Of a DNA stretch of 60,658 bases, positions 1 through 9,075 are shown in pieces (the stretch's first letter is position 1; every line of letters begins with the position of its first letter). Origin of the DNA: Dehalococcoidales bacterium (GTDB taxonomy: Bacteria; Chloroflexota; Dehalococcoidia; Dehalococcoidales; BS750m-G39); contig JAGMCH010000060.1 in NCBI GenBank assembly GCA_023129255.1, forward strand, positions 1 to 60,658. The letters are read 5' to 3'. The translations under genes were made by a program, and so were the position numbers. A model generated the notes under the pieces. It saw only the letters and a list, made by a program, of their open reading frames with translations, was not told where the DNA came from and did not search any database.

Positions 1-53
1 CCGAAAATCTGCGTGCTGTGATGGATGCTGCCAAAGAGTATGGTACCTACTAA
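1..53 (+). CDS. 3' end of an unidentified CDS entering from upstream (..ENLRAVMDAAKEYGTY*)
   Basis: Frame is open from the window edge to TAA at 51-53. Too short to name. Confidence 0.3.
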   Translation, partial: ENLRAVMDAAKEYGTY

Positions 54-125
54 ATAGAGCCACAGCTTGCCGTTTTCTGGCATACTAAGCGCCAAACTTA
101 TCAGCATCGCTTTCTGTTTAGAGTA

Positions 126-153
126 TTGACAAGCAAAATACTGGTAGTATAAT
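126..153 (+). promoter_or_regulatory. Sigma70-type promoter for the ABC transporter operon
   Basis: Perfect TTGACA (126-131), 16-nt spacer, perfect TATAAT (148-153), about 125 nt upstream of the binding-protein start. Confidence 0.6.
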
Positions 154-279
154 TACAATTAACCCAAATGTAATAGCTTGAAAACTAAAAAGCCTCACTT
201 AAAGAAAGGAGGTAAACAATGATTCAGGTAGGGGTAAAATAGTTTAATGGGGAATTCACAAAGGAGGTATAGTTTAGCA

Positions 280-1893
280 ATGAAGAAGTTTTTGTTAATT
301 TCGCTAGTATTGTTGTTAGCTCTCAGCTTGGTTGCGCTTTCTCTCGGCTGTCCGACGGAAGAGGAAGAACCACCACCGGTAGACGAGGAGGAAGAGGAAG
401 AAGAGGAGGAGCCACCAGCAGGACCGGTATACGGCGGCGTCATGAAAGTCATTGGGACTGGCTTTCCAGTGAATATAGGATATACACCGGAATTCATGCC
501 TACTGACAGCATATACGCCCTGCCCAGCCTAGAAAGATTATGCGAGTGGGATGAAGATGGGATTCAAATCCCAGTGTTAGCTACATCCTGGGAAAGCGAC
601 CCGGATAACCTGACCATCACCTGGTACCTGAGGGAAGGCGTTACCTTTCATGATGGGACACCCTGGAATGCCGAGGCATGCCGATGGAACTTCCAGCTAC
701 AACTGGATGGGGGCAGGCTACCTTATGGTCAATTCATAGAGTCCCTTGAAGTTGTTGATGATTACACTATCACGATGCATCTTACGGCATACACCTGGTA
801 CATGATCGTAAACTACGGGTGGGTCATGATGATTTCGCCGACAGCATTTGAAAATGCCGGCGACACTCTTGAAGAGCGTATAGATTGGGCTCGCTCAAAC
901 TCAGTAGGGACAGGTGCCTTCGAAGTTGTTGATTTTCAACGAGATGTCGTCCTCAGATACGCCAAGAATGATAACTATTGGCGGGAAGGCATGCCCTATC
1001 TTGATGGTATCGAAGCCCGTTACATTCCAGACCCCGTGACCGCCGCAGCCACGATGGAGGCGGGAGAGGCGGATATGTGGATACAGGCATCAGAGGTACA
1101 AAGTCTTCTTGACTTAGAGGAAATGGGGCTTACGGTAAACTGGGGGACTGGCCTGGCTGGCATGTTCTGGTCGCTCTTGCCTAATTCCAGCGACCCCGAC
1201 TCACCACTGGCCAATCAGAAGGTACGCGAGGCAATAGAGTATGCCATTGACCGCGAGGCCATAGCCGAGATGCTGGGATTTGGCAAGTATGAACCCCTTC
1301 ATCAGATGGCTTCCTCGGATTGGCCGGGTTACGTCCCGGGTTATGACCCCCGACCGTATGATCCGGAGAAGGCCATAGAGTTGCTGGCAGATGCGGGCTA
1401 CGCCGGTGGCTTCGAGACCACGATACTGGCCACCGATGCGGCACGGGATGCTGTCGCCGCTTTACAGGCCAATCTGGCTGATGTAGGCATCATTGTTGAA
1501 CCGGATATTGCCGACTTTGGCCGATACATAGTTTCTCTCTTTATGATGGGCTGGGAAGACCTAGCATTAGCTGCGTCCGGAATAAACCCCGACGCTACCG
1601 ACATATTCGTCCATTTTGGCCCCAACCCGATGACCTTCATGACCGGTAACATCTATAAGTCGCCCGAATACCTAGCTCTATGCGAAGAGGCGCTGGGCCT
1701 CGAGTATGCAGATGCATTTGAGGCAATGGATAAAATAAAGGAAGCAGTAGAGCAGGCCGGTGAGGATGCTATGATTATCCCACTTTGGAGAGATGTCAGC
1801 GTGGCGGTGATGCAGCTCTATGTTCACAGCGATTATTTCACAATACACGGCGTCATCTGGACCCCGTATGACACTTGGATGGAAGAGCATTAA
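280..1893 (+). CDS. ABC transporter substrate-binding lipoprotein, family 5 (peptide/nickel, DppA/OppA-like)
   Basis: Start set at ATG 280, 13 nt after AAGGAGG (261-267). Signal peptide with lipobox LSLGC, then an acidic Glu/Pro linker. Length and position ahead of two permeases and two ATPases fit an SBP_bac_5 protein. Confidence 0.9.
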   Translation: MKKFLLISLVLLLALSLVALSLGCPTEEEEPPPVDEEEEEEEEEPPAGPVYGGVMKVIGTGFPVNIGYTPEFMPTDSIYALPSLERLCEWDEDGIQIPVLATSWESDPDNLTITWYLREGVTFHDGTPWNAEACRWNFQLQLDGGRLPYGQFIESLEVVDDYTITMHLTAYTWYMIVNYGWVMMISPTAFENAGDTLEERIDWARSNSVGTGAFEVVDFQRDVVLRYAKNDNYWREGMPYLDGIEARYIPDPVTAAATMEAGEADMWIQASEVQSLLDLEEMGLTVNWGTGLAGMFWSLLPNSSDPDSPLANQKVREAIEYAIDREAIAEMLGFGKYEPLHQMASSDWPGYVPGYDPRPYDPEKAIELLADAGYAGGFETTILATDAARDAVAALQANLADVGIIVEPDIADFGRYIVSLFMMGWEDLALAASGINPDATDIFVHFGPNPMTFMTGNIYKSPEYLALCEEALGLEYADAFEAMDKIKEAVEQAGEDAMIIPLWRDVSVAVMQLYVHSDYFTIHGVIWTPYDTWMEEH

Positions 1894-1910
1894 CTAGCCT
1901 GAATAAGAAA

Positions 1911-1963
1911 GCCGGGTGATTCATTCTCATCCCTGGAATGGGGTCGGGGGTGAATCACCTGGC
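1911..1963 (+). other. Intercistronic stem-loop between the binding-protein and permease genes
   Basis: GCCGGGTGATTCA (1911-1923) pairs with TGAATCACCTGGC (1951-1963), giving 13 bp with one G-U pair. No T-run follows, so it is more likely an mRNA stabiliser or attenuator than a full terminator. Confidence 0.45.
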
Positions 1964-2094
1964 GTCAAAGAAGAAAGTAGTAGTTCTTTTCTAGTAGCTA
2001 GACTGCGGATTACTTAGACAAATCTTTGAGGTCTGGACTGAATACAGGTTTGTGCCCGACCAAGAAGATTTCTTAATGCCGACCGGGGTTTAAT

Positions 2095-3054
2095 ATGACA
2101 ACATATATTATCCGGCGACTGATACAGGCGTTGGTCGTTCTTATCCTGGTGACCCTGATTGTTTTCTTTGTCATGCGGTTGCTGCCCGGCGACCCAGTAC
2201 TGATTTACGTGGCTCAGACTGCGGAGTTTGAAGCTATGCCCCCGGAAACGCTTGATAGACTCCGGGCTGAGTTCGGTCTGGATAAGCATATAATGGTGCA
2301 ATACGCCAACTGGGTGGCGGGCATCTTCCGGGGAGACTTCGGCACCTCAATATTCTACCGCGAGGATGTGGGCACGCTCATGCTTGAGCGTTTCCCCATA
2401 ACCATTCACCTGGGCTTTCTCGCCGTGATAATTGGTGCCGTTTTCGGCGCCCTGGCGGGGATGCTCACGGCTGTGAGGCGGGGCAAATGGTTAGATAAAA
2501 CAGTCACACCTCTAACATATGGCGGTCTAACCATCCCTGTGTTCTTGCTGGGGATATTGCTGATATACGCTTTTGGCGTCAAGCTCGGCTGGCTTCCCAT
2601 ATCGGGCTACACCTCGCCACTGGATGATTTCTGGTTGAGCACCAGGCAGGTGATTATGCCCGTCTTTTGTCTGGCTGTTTTTGGTTTGGCGGCTAACGCG
2701 CGCCAGATGCGGTCAAGCATGCTTGAGGTTACCCGGCAGGACTATATTCGCACCGCCTGGGCCAAGGGCCTAGGAGAACGCGTCGTAGTAATGAGGCATA
2801 TGCTGAAAAACAGCCTCATCCCGGTTATTACCCTGATGGGTGTTGGTGTCAGCATCATCCTTGGCGGTTCGGTGCTCGTTGAGAGGGTGTTTGCCATTCC
2901 CGGTGTCGGCAGTTTGTTTGTCAGCAGCATTTTTGGCCAGGACTACGTAGTGGTACAGGCCATTACTTTGGTCTTTGCCGTCATAATCTTAATGGTCAAT
3001 TTGATTGTTGATATATCCTATGCTTGGCTTGACCCCAGGATACGGTATGGCTAG
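2095..3054 (+). CDS. ABC transporter permease (DppB/OppB-like)
   Basis: 319 aa and polytopic. Binding-protein-dependent transport family signature region (..RTAWAKGL..). Operon context. Confidence 0.9.
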   Translation: MTTYIIRRLIQALVVLILVTLIVFFVMRLLPGDPVLIYVAQTAEFEAMPPETLDRLRAEFGLDKHIMVQYANWVAGIFRGDFGTSIFYREDVGTLMLERFPITIHLGFLAVIIGAVFGALAGMLTAVRRGKWLDKTVTPLTYGGLTIPVFLLGILLIYAFGVKLGWLPISGYTSPLDDFWLSTRQVIMPVFCLAVFGLAANARQMRSSMLEVTRQDYIRTAWAKGLGERVVVMRHMLKNSLIPVITLMGVGVSIILGGSVLVERVFAIPGVGSLFVSSIFGQDYVVVQAITLVFAVIILMVNLIVDISYAWLDPRIRYG

Positions 3055-3066
3055 CGAGTGTAGAAC

Positions 3067-3975
3067 ATGGTAGAAAAACATACCAGCGACATAGGTTTCT
3101 CAGAAGCTCCAGTCCGCGTCAGCGAGTGGCGGCGCTTTCGGCGGGTATTCTTTGAGCGCAAGCTGGTTACCTTCGGGCTGGGGGTATTAGTGTTGCTGGT
3201 GATTGCCGCCTTCTTTGCCCCGTTGCTGGCACCCTACGACCCCTATGAGCTAGGAGACGCGGGTGAGTCGTTGCTTCAACCGAGCGGGGAGCACCTCATG
3301 GGCACTGACATTCTTGGTAGAGACACGCTAAGCCGGCTCATCTACGGCGCAAGGACGGCGCTGATGGTTGGCTTTATATCGGTCACGGTTGCTGGCATCA
3401 TTGGTATTCCGCTGGGGATAATTGCCGGATACTTTGGCGGCGTTCTTAATATGGTCATCATGAGGGCTATGGACGCGCTTATGTGCTTCCCGATGCTTTT
3501 ACTGGCCCTGTTCCTTGCCGCCGTGCTAAAAGAATACTTTAGCGGCATCTGGGTCGTTATCATCGCCCTGAGCGTCGCCATAATACCTGGATACGCCAGG
3601 GTAACACACGGACTGACCTTGAGCATCAAGGAAAATGATTATATCATGGCCCAACGGGCTATGGGCTCCAGCAACTCGCGCGTGATGTTTAGACATATCC
3701 TGCCCAATGCCTTTCCGCCGCTGATAGTGCTGGTGACGATGCAGCTGGGGGCTTTAATCCTGGCCGAAGCCGGGCTCAGCTTTCTCGGCATCGGCATCGA
3801 CCCACCGGGTGCGGCCTGGGGAGCAATGGTTTGGGATGGCTATAGATATTTAGCGAACAATCCGGTGCTTTGGCTGGCGCCTGGTATTGCCATTGCGCTG
3901 GTGGTATTTGCCTTCAATATAGTGGGGGATGGCCTGAGGGATGCCCTCGACCCCAGGCTCAGAGGCTTACTCTAG
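3067..3975 (+). CDS. ABC transporter permease (DppC/OppC-like)
   Basis: 302 aa and polytopic. N-terminal OppC-type segment and an EAA-like loop (..AQRAMGSSNSRVMFRHILPN..). Confidence 0.9.
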   Translation: MVEKHTSDIGFSEAPVRVSEWRRFRRVFFERKLVTFGLGVLVLLVIAAFFAPLLAPYDPYELGDAGESLLQPSGEHLMGTDILGRDTLSRLIYGARTALMVGFISVTVAGIIGIPLGIIAGYFGGVLNMVIMRAMDALMCFPMLLLALFLAAVLKEYFSGIWVVIIALSVAIIPGYARVTHGLTLSIKENDYIMAQRAMGSSNSRVMFRHILPNAFPPLIVLVTMQLGALILAEAGLSFLGIGIDPPGAAWGAMVWDGYRYLANNPVLWLAPGIAIALVVFAFNIVGDGLRDALDPRLRGLL

Positions 3976-3990
3976 TATAAGGAACAGAGA

Positions 3991-4995
3991 ATGGCGGAAT
4001 TATTGAAAGTAGAAAACCTGAAGACCCAGTTTAACACCGAGGGCGGTGTGGTCAAGGCTGTCGACGGCATTTCCTACCACATAGACGAGCAAGAAATAAT
4101 CGGCCTGGTGGGGGAGAGCGGCTGTGGTAAATCAGTCAGCCAGCTATCGGTAATGCAATTAATATCCACGCCGGGTGAAATTGTCGGCGGCGAGGTTATC
4201 TTCGAGGGTCAGGACCTGCTCAAGTATAAGGCTCACGGATCGGAAATGCGTTCCATTCGCGGTGCCAAGATAGCCATAATATTCCAGGAGCCAATGACCT
4301 CGCTCAACCCGGTATTGACCATTAACCAGCAGCTAACAGAAATGCTGGAGCTACACCTGAAGATGAGCAAGAAGGCGGCTAGGGAAAGGGCAATCGAACT
4401 GCTCAGCATGGTGGGTATCCCCAGTGCCAAGAGCCGCATTGATGATTATCCTCACCAGTTCAGTGGCGGCATGCGGCAGAGGGTGATGATTGCCATGGCG
4501 CTTTCTTGCAGCCCAAAGATAATCATCGCCGATGAGCCGACCACGGCTGTGGATGTAACCACCCAGGCACAGCTATTAGAGCTGATGAAAGATATGGTTG
4601 AGCGATTTAAGACCTCGCTGGTTATCGTGACCCACAACCTGGGTGTCGTGGCTCGGTATGCGCAGAGGATATATATTATGTATGCCGGGCGCATCGTCGA
4701 GGAAGGCACTACCAAGGATATATTCGGCAAGCCGCGCCATCCATATACTATAGGACTGCTCAAATGCATACCCAGGCTGGATGAGGAGGAGGGCAGGAAA
4801 CTGGTCCCTATTGAGGGCCTACCGCCTAATCTGATTAACATGCCACCCACCTGCGCCTTTCTACCCCGGTGCTCTTACAAGGTCGGAAGGTGTTTTCAAG
4901 AGTCCTGGCCTCCGCTCAAACATCTGCATGGCCAACACTACATCAGTTGCTATGCTAATACTGAGGAGAGGACAAGTGAGCCCGCAGCAAGATGA
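3991..4995 (+). CDS. ABC transporter ATP-binding protein (DppD/OppD-like)
   Basis: Walker A GESGCGKS, signature FSGGMRQR, Walker [10 protein letters not shown]-terminal oligopeptide-type extension with Cys residues. Confidence 0.92.
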   Translation: MAELLKVENLKTQFNTEGGVVKAVDGISYHIDEQEIIGLVGESGCGKSVSQLSVMQLISTPGEIVGGEVIFEGQDLLKYKAHGSEMRSIRGAKIAIIFQEPMTSLNPVLTINQQLTEMLELHLKMSKKAARERAIELLSMVGIPSAKSRIDDYPHQFSGGMRQRVMIAMALSCSPKIIIADEPTTAVDVTTQAQLLELMKDMVERFKTSLVIVTHNLGVVARYAQRIYIMYAGRIVEEGTTKDIFGKPRHPYTIGLLKCIPRLDEEEGRKLVPIEGLPPNLINMPPTCAFLPRCSYKVGRCFQESWPPLKHLHGQHYISCYANTEERTSEPAAR

Positions 4996-5965
4996 CGCTA
5001 TTTTGGACGTCAAAGACCTGAAGATGTACTTCCCGGTTACCAGGGGCATCTTAAGGAGAAAAGTAGCTGATGTAAAAGCCGTTGACGGCGTCACCTTCAC
5101 ATTGAAGAGAGGTGAAACCCTAGGTCTGGTGGGGGAGAGCGGCTGTGGCAAAACCACCACTGGTCGCTGTGTTCTCCGACTGTATCAACCCACCGCGGGA
5201 CAGATTTTGTTTGAAGGAGAGGATATTTCGTCGCTTTCGGAGTCAAAGATGAGACACATCCGCAGCAATATGGCGCTCATCTTTCAGGACCCTTACAGTT
5301 CGCTAGACCCCCGCCAGAGCGCCGGCAGTATCGTCGGCGAGCCGCTAAAGATTCACAACTGGGTTGGCAGCCAGTCTGAATATAAGGATAGGGTGGAGCA
5401 GCTTTTTCGCCTGGTCAGCCTGGACCCCAGCATGATAGACCGATTCCCCCATGAGTTCAGTGGTGGCCAAAGGCAACGCATTGGTGTGGCGCGTGCCCTG
5501 GCTTGTGAACCTTCTTTAATAATCTGCGACGAGCCCATTTCAGCTTTGGATGTTTCCATACAAGCCCAGATAATCAACCTGCTAGAGGAATTACAGGAAG
5601 GGATAAAGGGGCTGACCTATCTCTTCATCGCCCATGACCTTTCGGTGGTGAGACATATAAGCGATCGGGTGGCGGTGATGTATCTGGGCCGCATAGTGGA
5701 AATCACTAAATCAAGAACGCTATACGAGAACCCCTTGCATCCGTACACTAAAGCGCTGCTTTCCGCAGTGCCCATAGCTGACCCCTTTGTGGAGGAAAAG
5801 CGTGAGCGCATTATCCTGAAGGGAGAGGTGCCCACCCCGTTAAACCCGCCGTCCGGCTGTAGTTTCCATCCTCGCTGCTTCATGGCCGTGCCGGAATGCA
5901 GCCAGGTGATACCACCGCTCCGCAACGTTGGTGATGGTCACCAAGTAGCCTGCATCAGGGTTTAA
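4976..5965 (+). CDS. ABC transporter ATP-binding protein (DppF/OppF-like)
   Basis: Walker [10 protein letters not shown], signature FSGGQRQR, Walker [10 protein letters not shown]. Start placed at in-frame GTG 4976 after GAGGAGAGG. The longest ORF (ATG 4928) would overlap the upstream gene by 68 nt. Confidence 0.88.
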   Translation: MSPQQDDAILDVKDLKMYFPVTRGILRRKVADVKAVDGVTFTLKRGETLGLVGESGCGKTTTGRCVLRLYQPTAGQILFEGEDISSLSESKMRHIRSNMALIFQDPYSSLDPRQSAGSIVGEPLKIHNWVGSQSEYKDRVEQLFRLVSLDPSMIDRFPHEFSGGQRQRIGVARALACEPSLIICDEPISALDVSIQAQIINLLEELQEGIKGLTYLFIAHDLSVVRHISDRVAVMYLGRIVEITKSRTLYENPLHPYTKALLSAVPIADPFVEEKRERIILKGEVPTPLNPPSGCSFHPRCFMAVPECSQVIPPLRNVGDGHQVACIRV

Positions 5966-6043
5966 AGTACACTTAAAAAAAGTGACCAACCGGTTATAGA
6001 CTGGGGCTAATTAACCTGAGTTTTTAATAAGGAGGACACACAA

Positions 6044-7999
6044 ATGAGTACATGGCATGATTATTTTAAGGAACAAGGTCACGCACCAGATTGGCCGTAT
6101 CCTATCCGCTACGACCAGGAGCAAGAAATCGATGCCGATGTCCTGGTGCTTGGAGGCGGTATCGCCGGTTGCTGGGCGGCCATCAGCGCTGCCAGGCAAG
6201 GATTAAACGTGGTTCTGGTGGAAAAGGGTGATACTGTCAGGAGTGGTGCCGGAGGTCCGGGATGTGACCACTGGTGTAATGTTCCCGCGAATCCTGTATC
6301 CAATGTAGACACGGATGAGTGGGCAGAGCACATGGCCGACCGTCCTTACTGCAACGGCATCGGCATCCAGATCCAGTGCCGCGAGGACTATGATTGTTTG
6401 CTTGAACTGGAACAGATGGGCGGTAAAATCAGAGACACCGGCGATGAATACGTGGGCGCCCAAGGCCGGGATGAGAAGACCAAATTCATGATTTCCCCGC
6501 GCTATACTCGGATACATAGCTATTTCCCTGTGCCTGAGACAGAAGCCGAGAAAGAAAAATTCAGAAAATCGGAACATAAACTGAGCAACGTGGTAATACG
6601 GGTCTGGGGGTCCACTTTTAAACCGGCATTAAAGAAGGAGTGTAAGCGCTTGGGGGTCAGAATCTTTGATCGCGTGGTGGTGACCAGCCTGCTGACCGAG
6701 AACGGAGTCCAGGGCGCCCGGGTAGTCGGGGCCACTGGCCTCAACAGCCGTACCGGTGAATTCATGATTTTTAAATCTAAAGCGGCCATTCTCGCCACCG
6801 CCGGATCCGGGTCGATGTGGCTGATAAGTACTGAATTAGGCGGGTATTGCAACATGATGCCCCGAACCGTTAGCGGCGACGGCACCGCCATGGCCTGGAG
6901 AGCCGGGGCTGAACTGACCACGATGGAAAATAACGGAATCTTGCGTATTGCTACCGGCTATAAGCATAAGTGGTATACCGGGGCAGGTGACGCCAGTTAT
7001 GAGAATGTCCCAATCGTAGATGCCAACGGCAAAGTGCTGCCGTATCCGATACAGGGCTGGGTTGATTGGGGGGCCATGGTCCCGTTTCCCGAAGTTGAGG
7101 AAGCTGTCCGGGAGAAGATACTTAAAGGTGAATACGCGCTACCATTCTACGGTGATTTCCCGGCCATGCCGGAGGTAGAAAGAAATGCTACCTGGAATCT
7201 GATGTTGGGGGAAGAATCTACCACCAAAGTTATTATCAAAACTTTCAGCAATGCTGGCTATGACCCGAGCCGGGACTTACTCCAGAGTTATAGGTTTATT
7301 GAGGGCAACAGTTTACCGCAATGGCGGGAGGCCAGCCACAGTGGTGGTCTGTTAGTCGACTGGGACTTGAAAACCACTCTAGACGGGCTGTATGCCGCCG
7401 GAATGCAGATGTTCGCCCCCGAGGACCATAGCTATGCGGCGGCTACCGGCAGGTATGCCGGCCGAAAAGCCGCAGCCTATGCCCGGCAGGTCGGTGAACC
7501 CAAAATATCAGGCGAACAGGTCGCCCTTGAGAAAGCCCGGGTTTATGCCCCGGTTAAGCGCAGCAGCGGCATGGAGTGGAAAGAGCTGCATGCCGGTATT
7601 GCCAGAGCCATGCAATATTATTGCAGTGAATTTAAAACCGAGTCTCTTCTGAAAATGGGTCTAGGTACCCTGCGAAGAATTGAAGAGGAATCGGTGCCTT
7701 TGCTGTTTGCTCTGGACCCGCATAAGCTGATGCGCAGCCTGGAAGACCTCAGTCTTTTAACTCACGCTCAAATCATCATCCACGCTTCGCTGGCGCGTAA
7801 GGCCAGTAGCACCCCGCTGAATTTCCACAGGATAGACTACCCGGCTCTGGACCCGCCGGAGTGGAGGAAGTATCTTACGATTAAACTGGAAAACGGCAAG
7901 GTCAAAATCGGGGAATTGCCGCTGGCTTTTTGGGGTAACATGAAAAAACAGTATGAAGCCCGTAATAAAGATTATACCGGCGTATATAAGGGGAAATGA
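6044..7999 (+). CDS. FAD-dependent oxidoreductase, AprA / fumarate-reductase flavoprotein-like
   Basis: AAGGAGG RBS. N-terminal dinucleotide fold DVLVLGGGIAGCWAAISAARQG..VEKG. The ~650 aa size and motif spacing resemble the adenylylsulfate reductase alpha family. An AprB-like ferredoxin follows. Confidence 0.7.
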   Translation: MSTWHDYFKEQGHAPDWPYPIRYDQEQEIDADVLVLGGGIAGCWAAISAARQGLNVVLVEKGDTVRSGAGGPGCDHWCNVPANPVSNVDTDEWAEHMADRPYCNGIGIQIQCREDYDCLLELEQMGGKIRDTGDEYVGAQGRDEKTKFMISPRYTRIHSYFPVPETEAEKEKFRKSEHKLSNVVIRVWGSTFKPALKKECKRLGVRIFDRVVVTSLLTENGVQGARVVGATGLNSRTGEFMIFKSKAAILATAGSGSMWLISTELGGYCNMMPRTVSGDGTAMAWRAGAELTTMENNGILRIATGYKHKWYTGAGDASYENVPIVDANGKVLPYPIQGWVDWGAMVPFPEVEEAVREKILKGEYALPFYGDFPAMPEVERNATWNLMLGEESTTKVIIKTFSNAGYDPSRDLLQSYRFIEGNSLPQWREASHSGGLLVDWDLKTTLDGLYAAGMQMFAPEDHSYAAATGRYAGRKAAAYARQVGEPKISGEQVALEKARVYAPVKRSSGMEWKELHAGIARAMQYYCSEFKTESLLKMGLGTLRRIEEESVPLLFALDPHKLMRSLEDLSLLTHAQIIIHASLARKASSTPLNFHRIDYPALDPPEWRKYLTIKLENGKVKIGELPLAFWGNMKKQYEARNKDYTGVYKGK

Positions 8000-8053
8000 T
8001 GGTTTCAAAATCGAAACTATATCTTTTAAACGAGCCGGTTTTTGGAGGAAAAG

Positions 8054-8350
8054 ATGACTCAGGAAAAAGTAAGTGCTATGCCTAATGTTGTTACACCGAG
8101 TGCTCCGGTGATTTTTAATCCTGATATCTGCGATGGGTGTAACACCTGTGTAGAAGTCTGCCAGATAGATGTTTTCATGCCCAATCCAGTGAAAGGCAAA
8201 CCACCTATCATATTGCACCCTGATGAATGCTGGTATGGCGGCTGCTGTGTTATTGATTGTCCCCGTCCCGGGGCTATCACATTCAACTGGCCGCTGCAAC
8301 AGCGAGGATACTGGAAGAACAAGGCCACCGGGGAAGTCCATCAAATCTAG
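8054..8350 (+). CDS. 4Fe-4S dicluster ferredoxin, AprB-like N-terminal domain
   Basis: CDGCNTCVEVC plus ECWYGGCCVIDCP cluster motifs. ATG 8054 follows GGAGG (8044-8048). Lies immediately downstream of the flavoprotein. Confidence 0.75.
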   Translation: MTQEKVSAMPNVVTPSAPVIFNPDICDGCNTCVEVCQIDVFMPNPVKGKPPIILHPDECWYGGCCVIDCPRPGAITFNWPLQQRGYWKNKATGEVHQI

Positions 8351-8358
8351 CCGCCTAG

Positions 8359-8427
8359 AATTCGGATGTCCTTATTCTTGGTGGTGAGGCTGGATGCCGT
8401 GCCGCCATCGGGATAACAGCCAGATAG
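8359..8427 (+). pseudogene. Possible remnant of the N-terminus of a second FAD flavoprotein (NSDVLILGGEAGCRAAIGITAR*)
   Basis: 22 codons with no start codon. They resemble the FAD-binding N-terminus of the 6044 gene (DVLVLGGGIAGCWAAISAAR) and end at TAG 8425-8427, where composition changes. Confidence 0.3.
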
Positions 8428-8473
8428 CCGGGGGTTTTAATATCGCTACAGGACTTAACGAGGAGAGGAGGAG

Positions 8474-8722
8474 GTGAAATTTGATGGTCTGGACTACGTG
8501 CTCTATCACTATCCTTCCGTCGGACCCGAGCTAAGAAAGGCGCTACAGAATGCAGAGAGTTCCCTGTTCAACTGCAAGGCGGAGCTTATCTTTGCAGTGG
8601 ACAAGCTGACTTACGGAGAGCGACCCAAGGTGGTCTATAAGGGCAGAGAGATAGAATTGCACTCCATATTTGGAATGCTCGTCCCTGAGGGTCCCGGGCA
8701 TTTCTACACAGAGAGAGTGTAG
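8474..8722 (+). CDS. Hypothetical protein (82 aa)
   Basis: GTG start directly after a strong AGGAGGAGG. No recognisable motif. Confidence 0.4.
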   Translation: MKFDGLDYVLYHYPSVGPELRKALQNAESSLFNCKAELIFAVDKLTYGERPKVVYKGREIELHSIFGMLVPEGPGHFYTERV

Positions 8723-8815
8723 AGACAACTTCTATACATTCCGTCAAAATGTTCAAAGTCTAGATTGCTGAATAAATCTTTCTACGAGGCATACTGAATC
8801 GAATAGAATCAACAA

Positions 8816-8845
8816 GGCGGAGCCGTTGTGCTCCGCCTTACTTTC
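8816..8845. terminator. Hairpin between convergent genes (bidirectional terminator candidate)
   Basis: GGCGGAGC-cgttgt-GCTCCGCC (8816-8837) followed by TTACTTT. Lies between the 3' ends of 8474..8722 (+) and 8876..9058 (-). Confidence 0.55.
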
Positions 8846-8875
8846 AATAATCCGCTTGTGGGTACTGGTAGGTGA

Positions 8876-9058
8876 CTATGTGGTCGTGAAGGTGGTATGA
8901 GGAACTTCCGATACTTCGCTCACTATCTCCCGTAGTTCTGAGATGGCTTCCAACTCAGCAGTTTCAACCTCAAATGATTGGGTGTCAAGCTCTTCAGTTT
9001 CAGATTGAAGGCGATTTAGTTCTTCAAAAATAATGTTATATCGACCTTTTTCTTTCAT
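8876..9058 (-). CDS. Small acidic coiled-coil protein (60 aa), co-transcribed with the protease
   Basis: AAGGAGG RBS, 18 nt after the protease stop. Glu/Leu-rich heptad-like sequence. No known motif. Confidence 0.5.
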   Translation of the reverse strand: MKEKGRYNIIFEELNRLQSETEELDTQSFEVETAELEAISELREIVSEVSEVPHTTFTTT

Positions 9059-9075
9059 GAGAGCCGACCTCCTTA

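Noticed and set aside
195-512. 105-aa minus-strand ORF with a poly-Ser run
   Set aside because: It is the antisense shadow of the GAR-rich acidic linker of the binding-protein gene. It overlaps that gene's RBS and start and has no RBS of its own.
7757-8344. 195-aa minus-strand ORF spanning the flavoprotein/ferredoxin junction
   Set aside because: It runs antisense across two motif-supported + strand genes and their RBSs, and has no recognisable motif.
6044-8350. Calling the flavoprotein/ferredoxin pair a genuine dissimilatory APS reductase (aprAB)
   Set aside because: There are no sat, qmo, dsr or sulfate-transport genes nearby. The beta subunit lacks the C-terminal tail. Similarity is at the family level only, so gene symbols are withheld.
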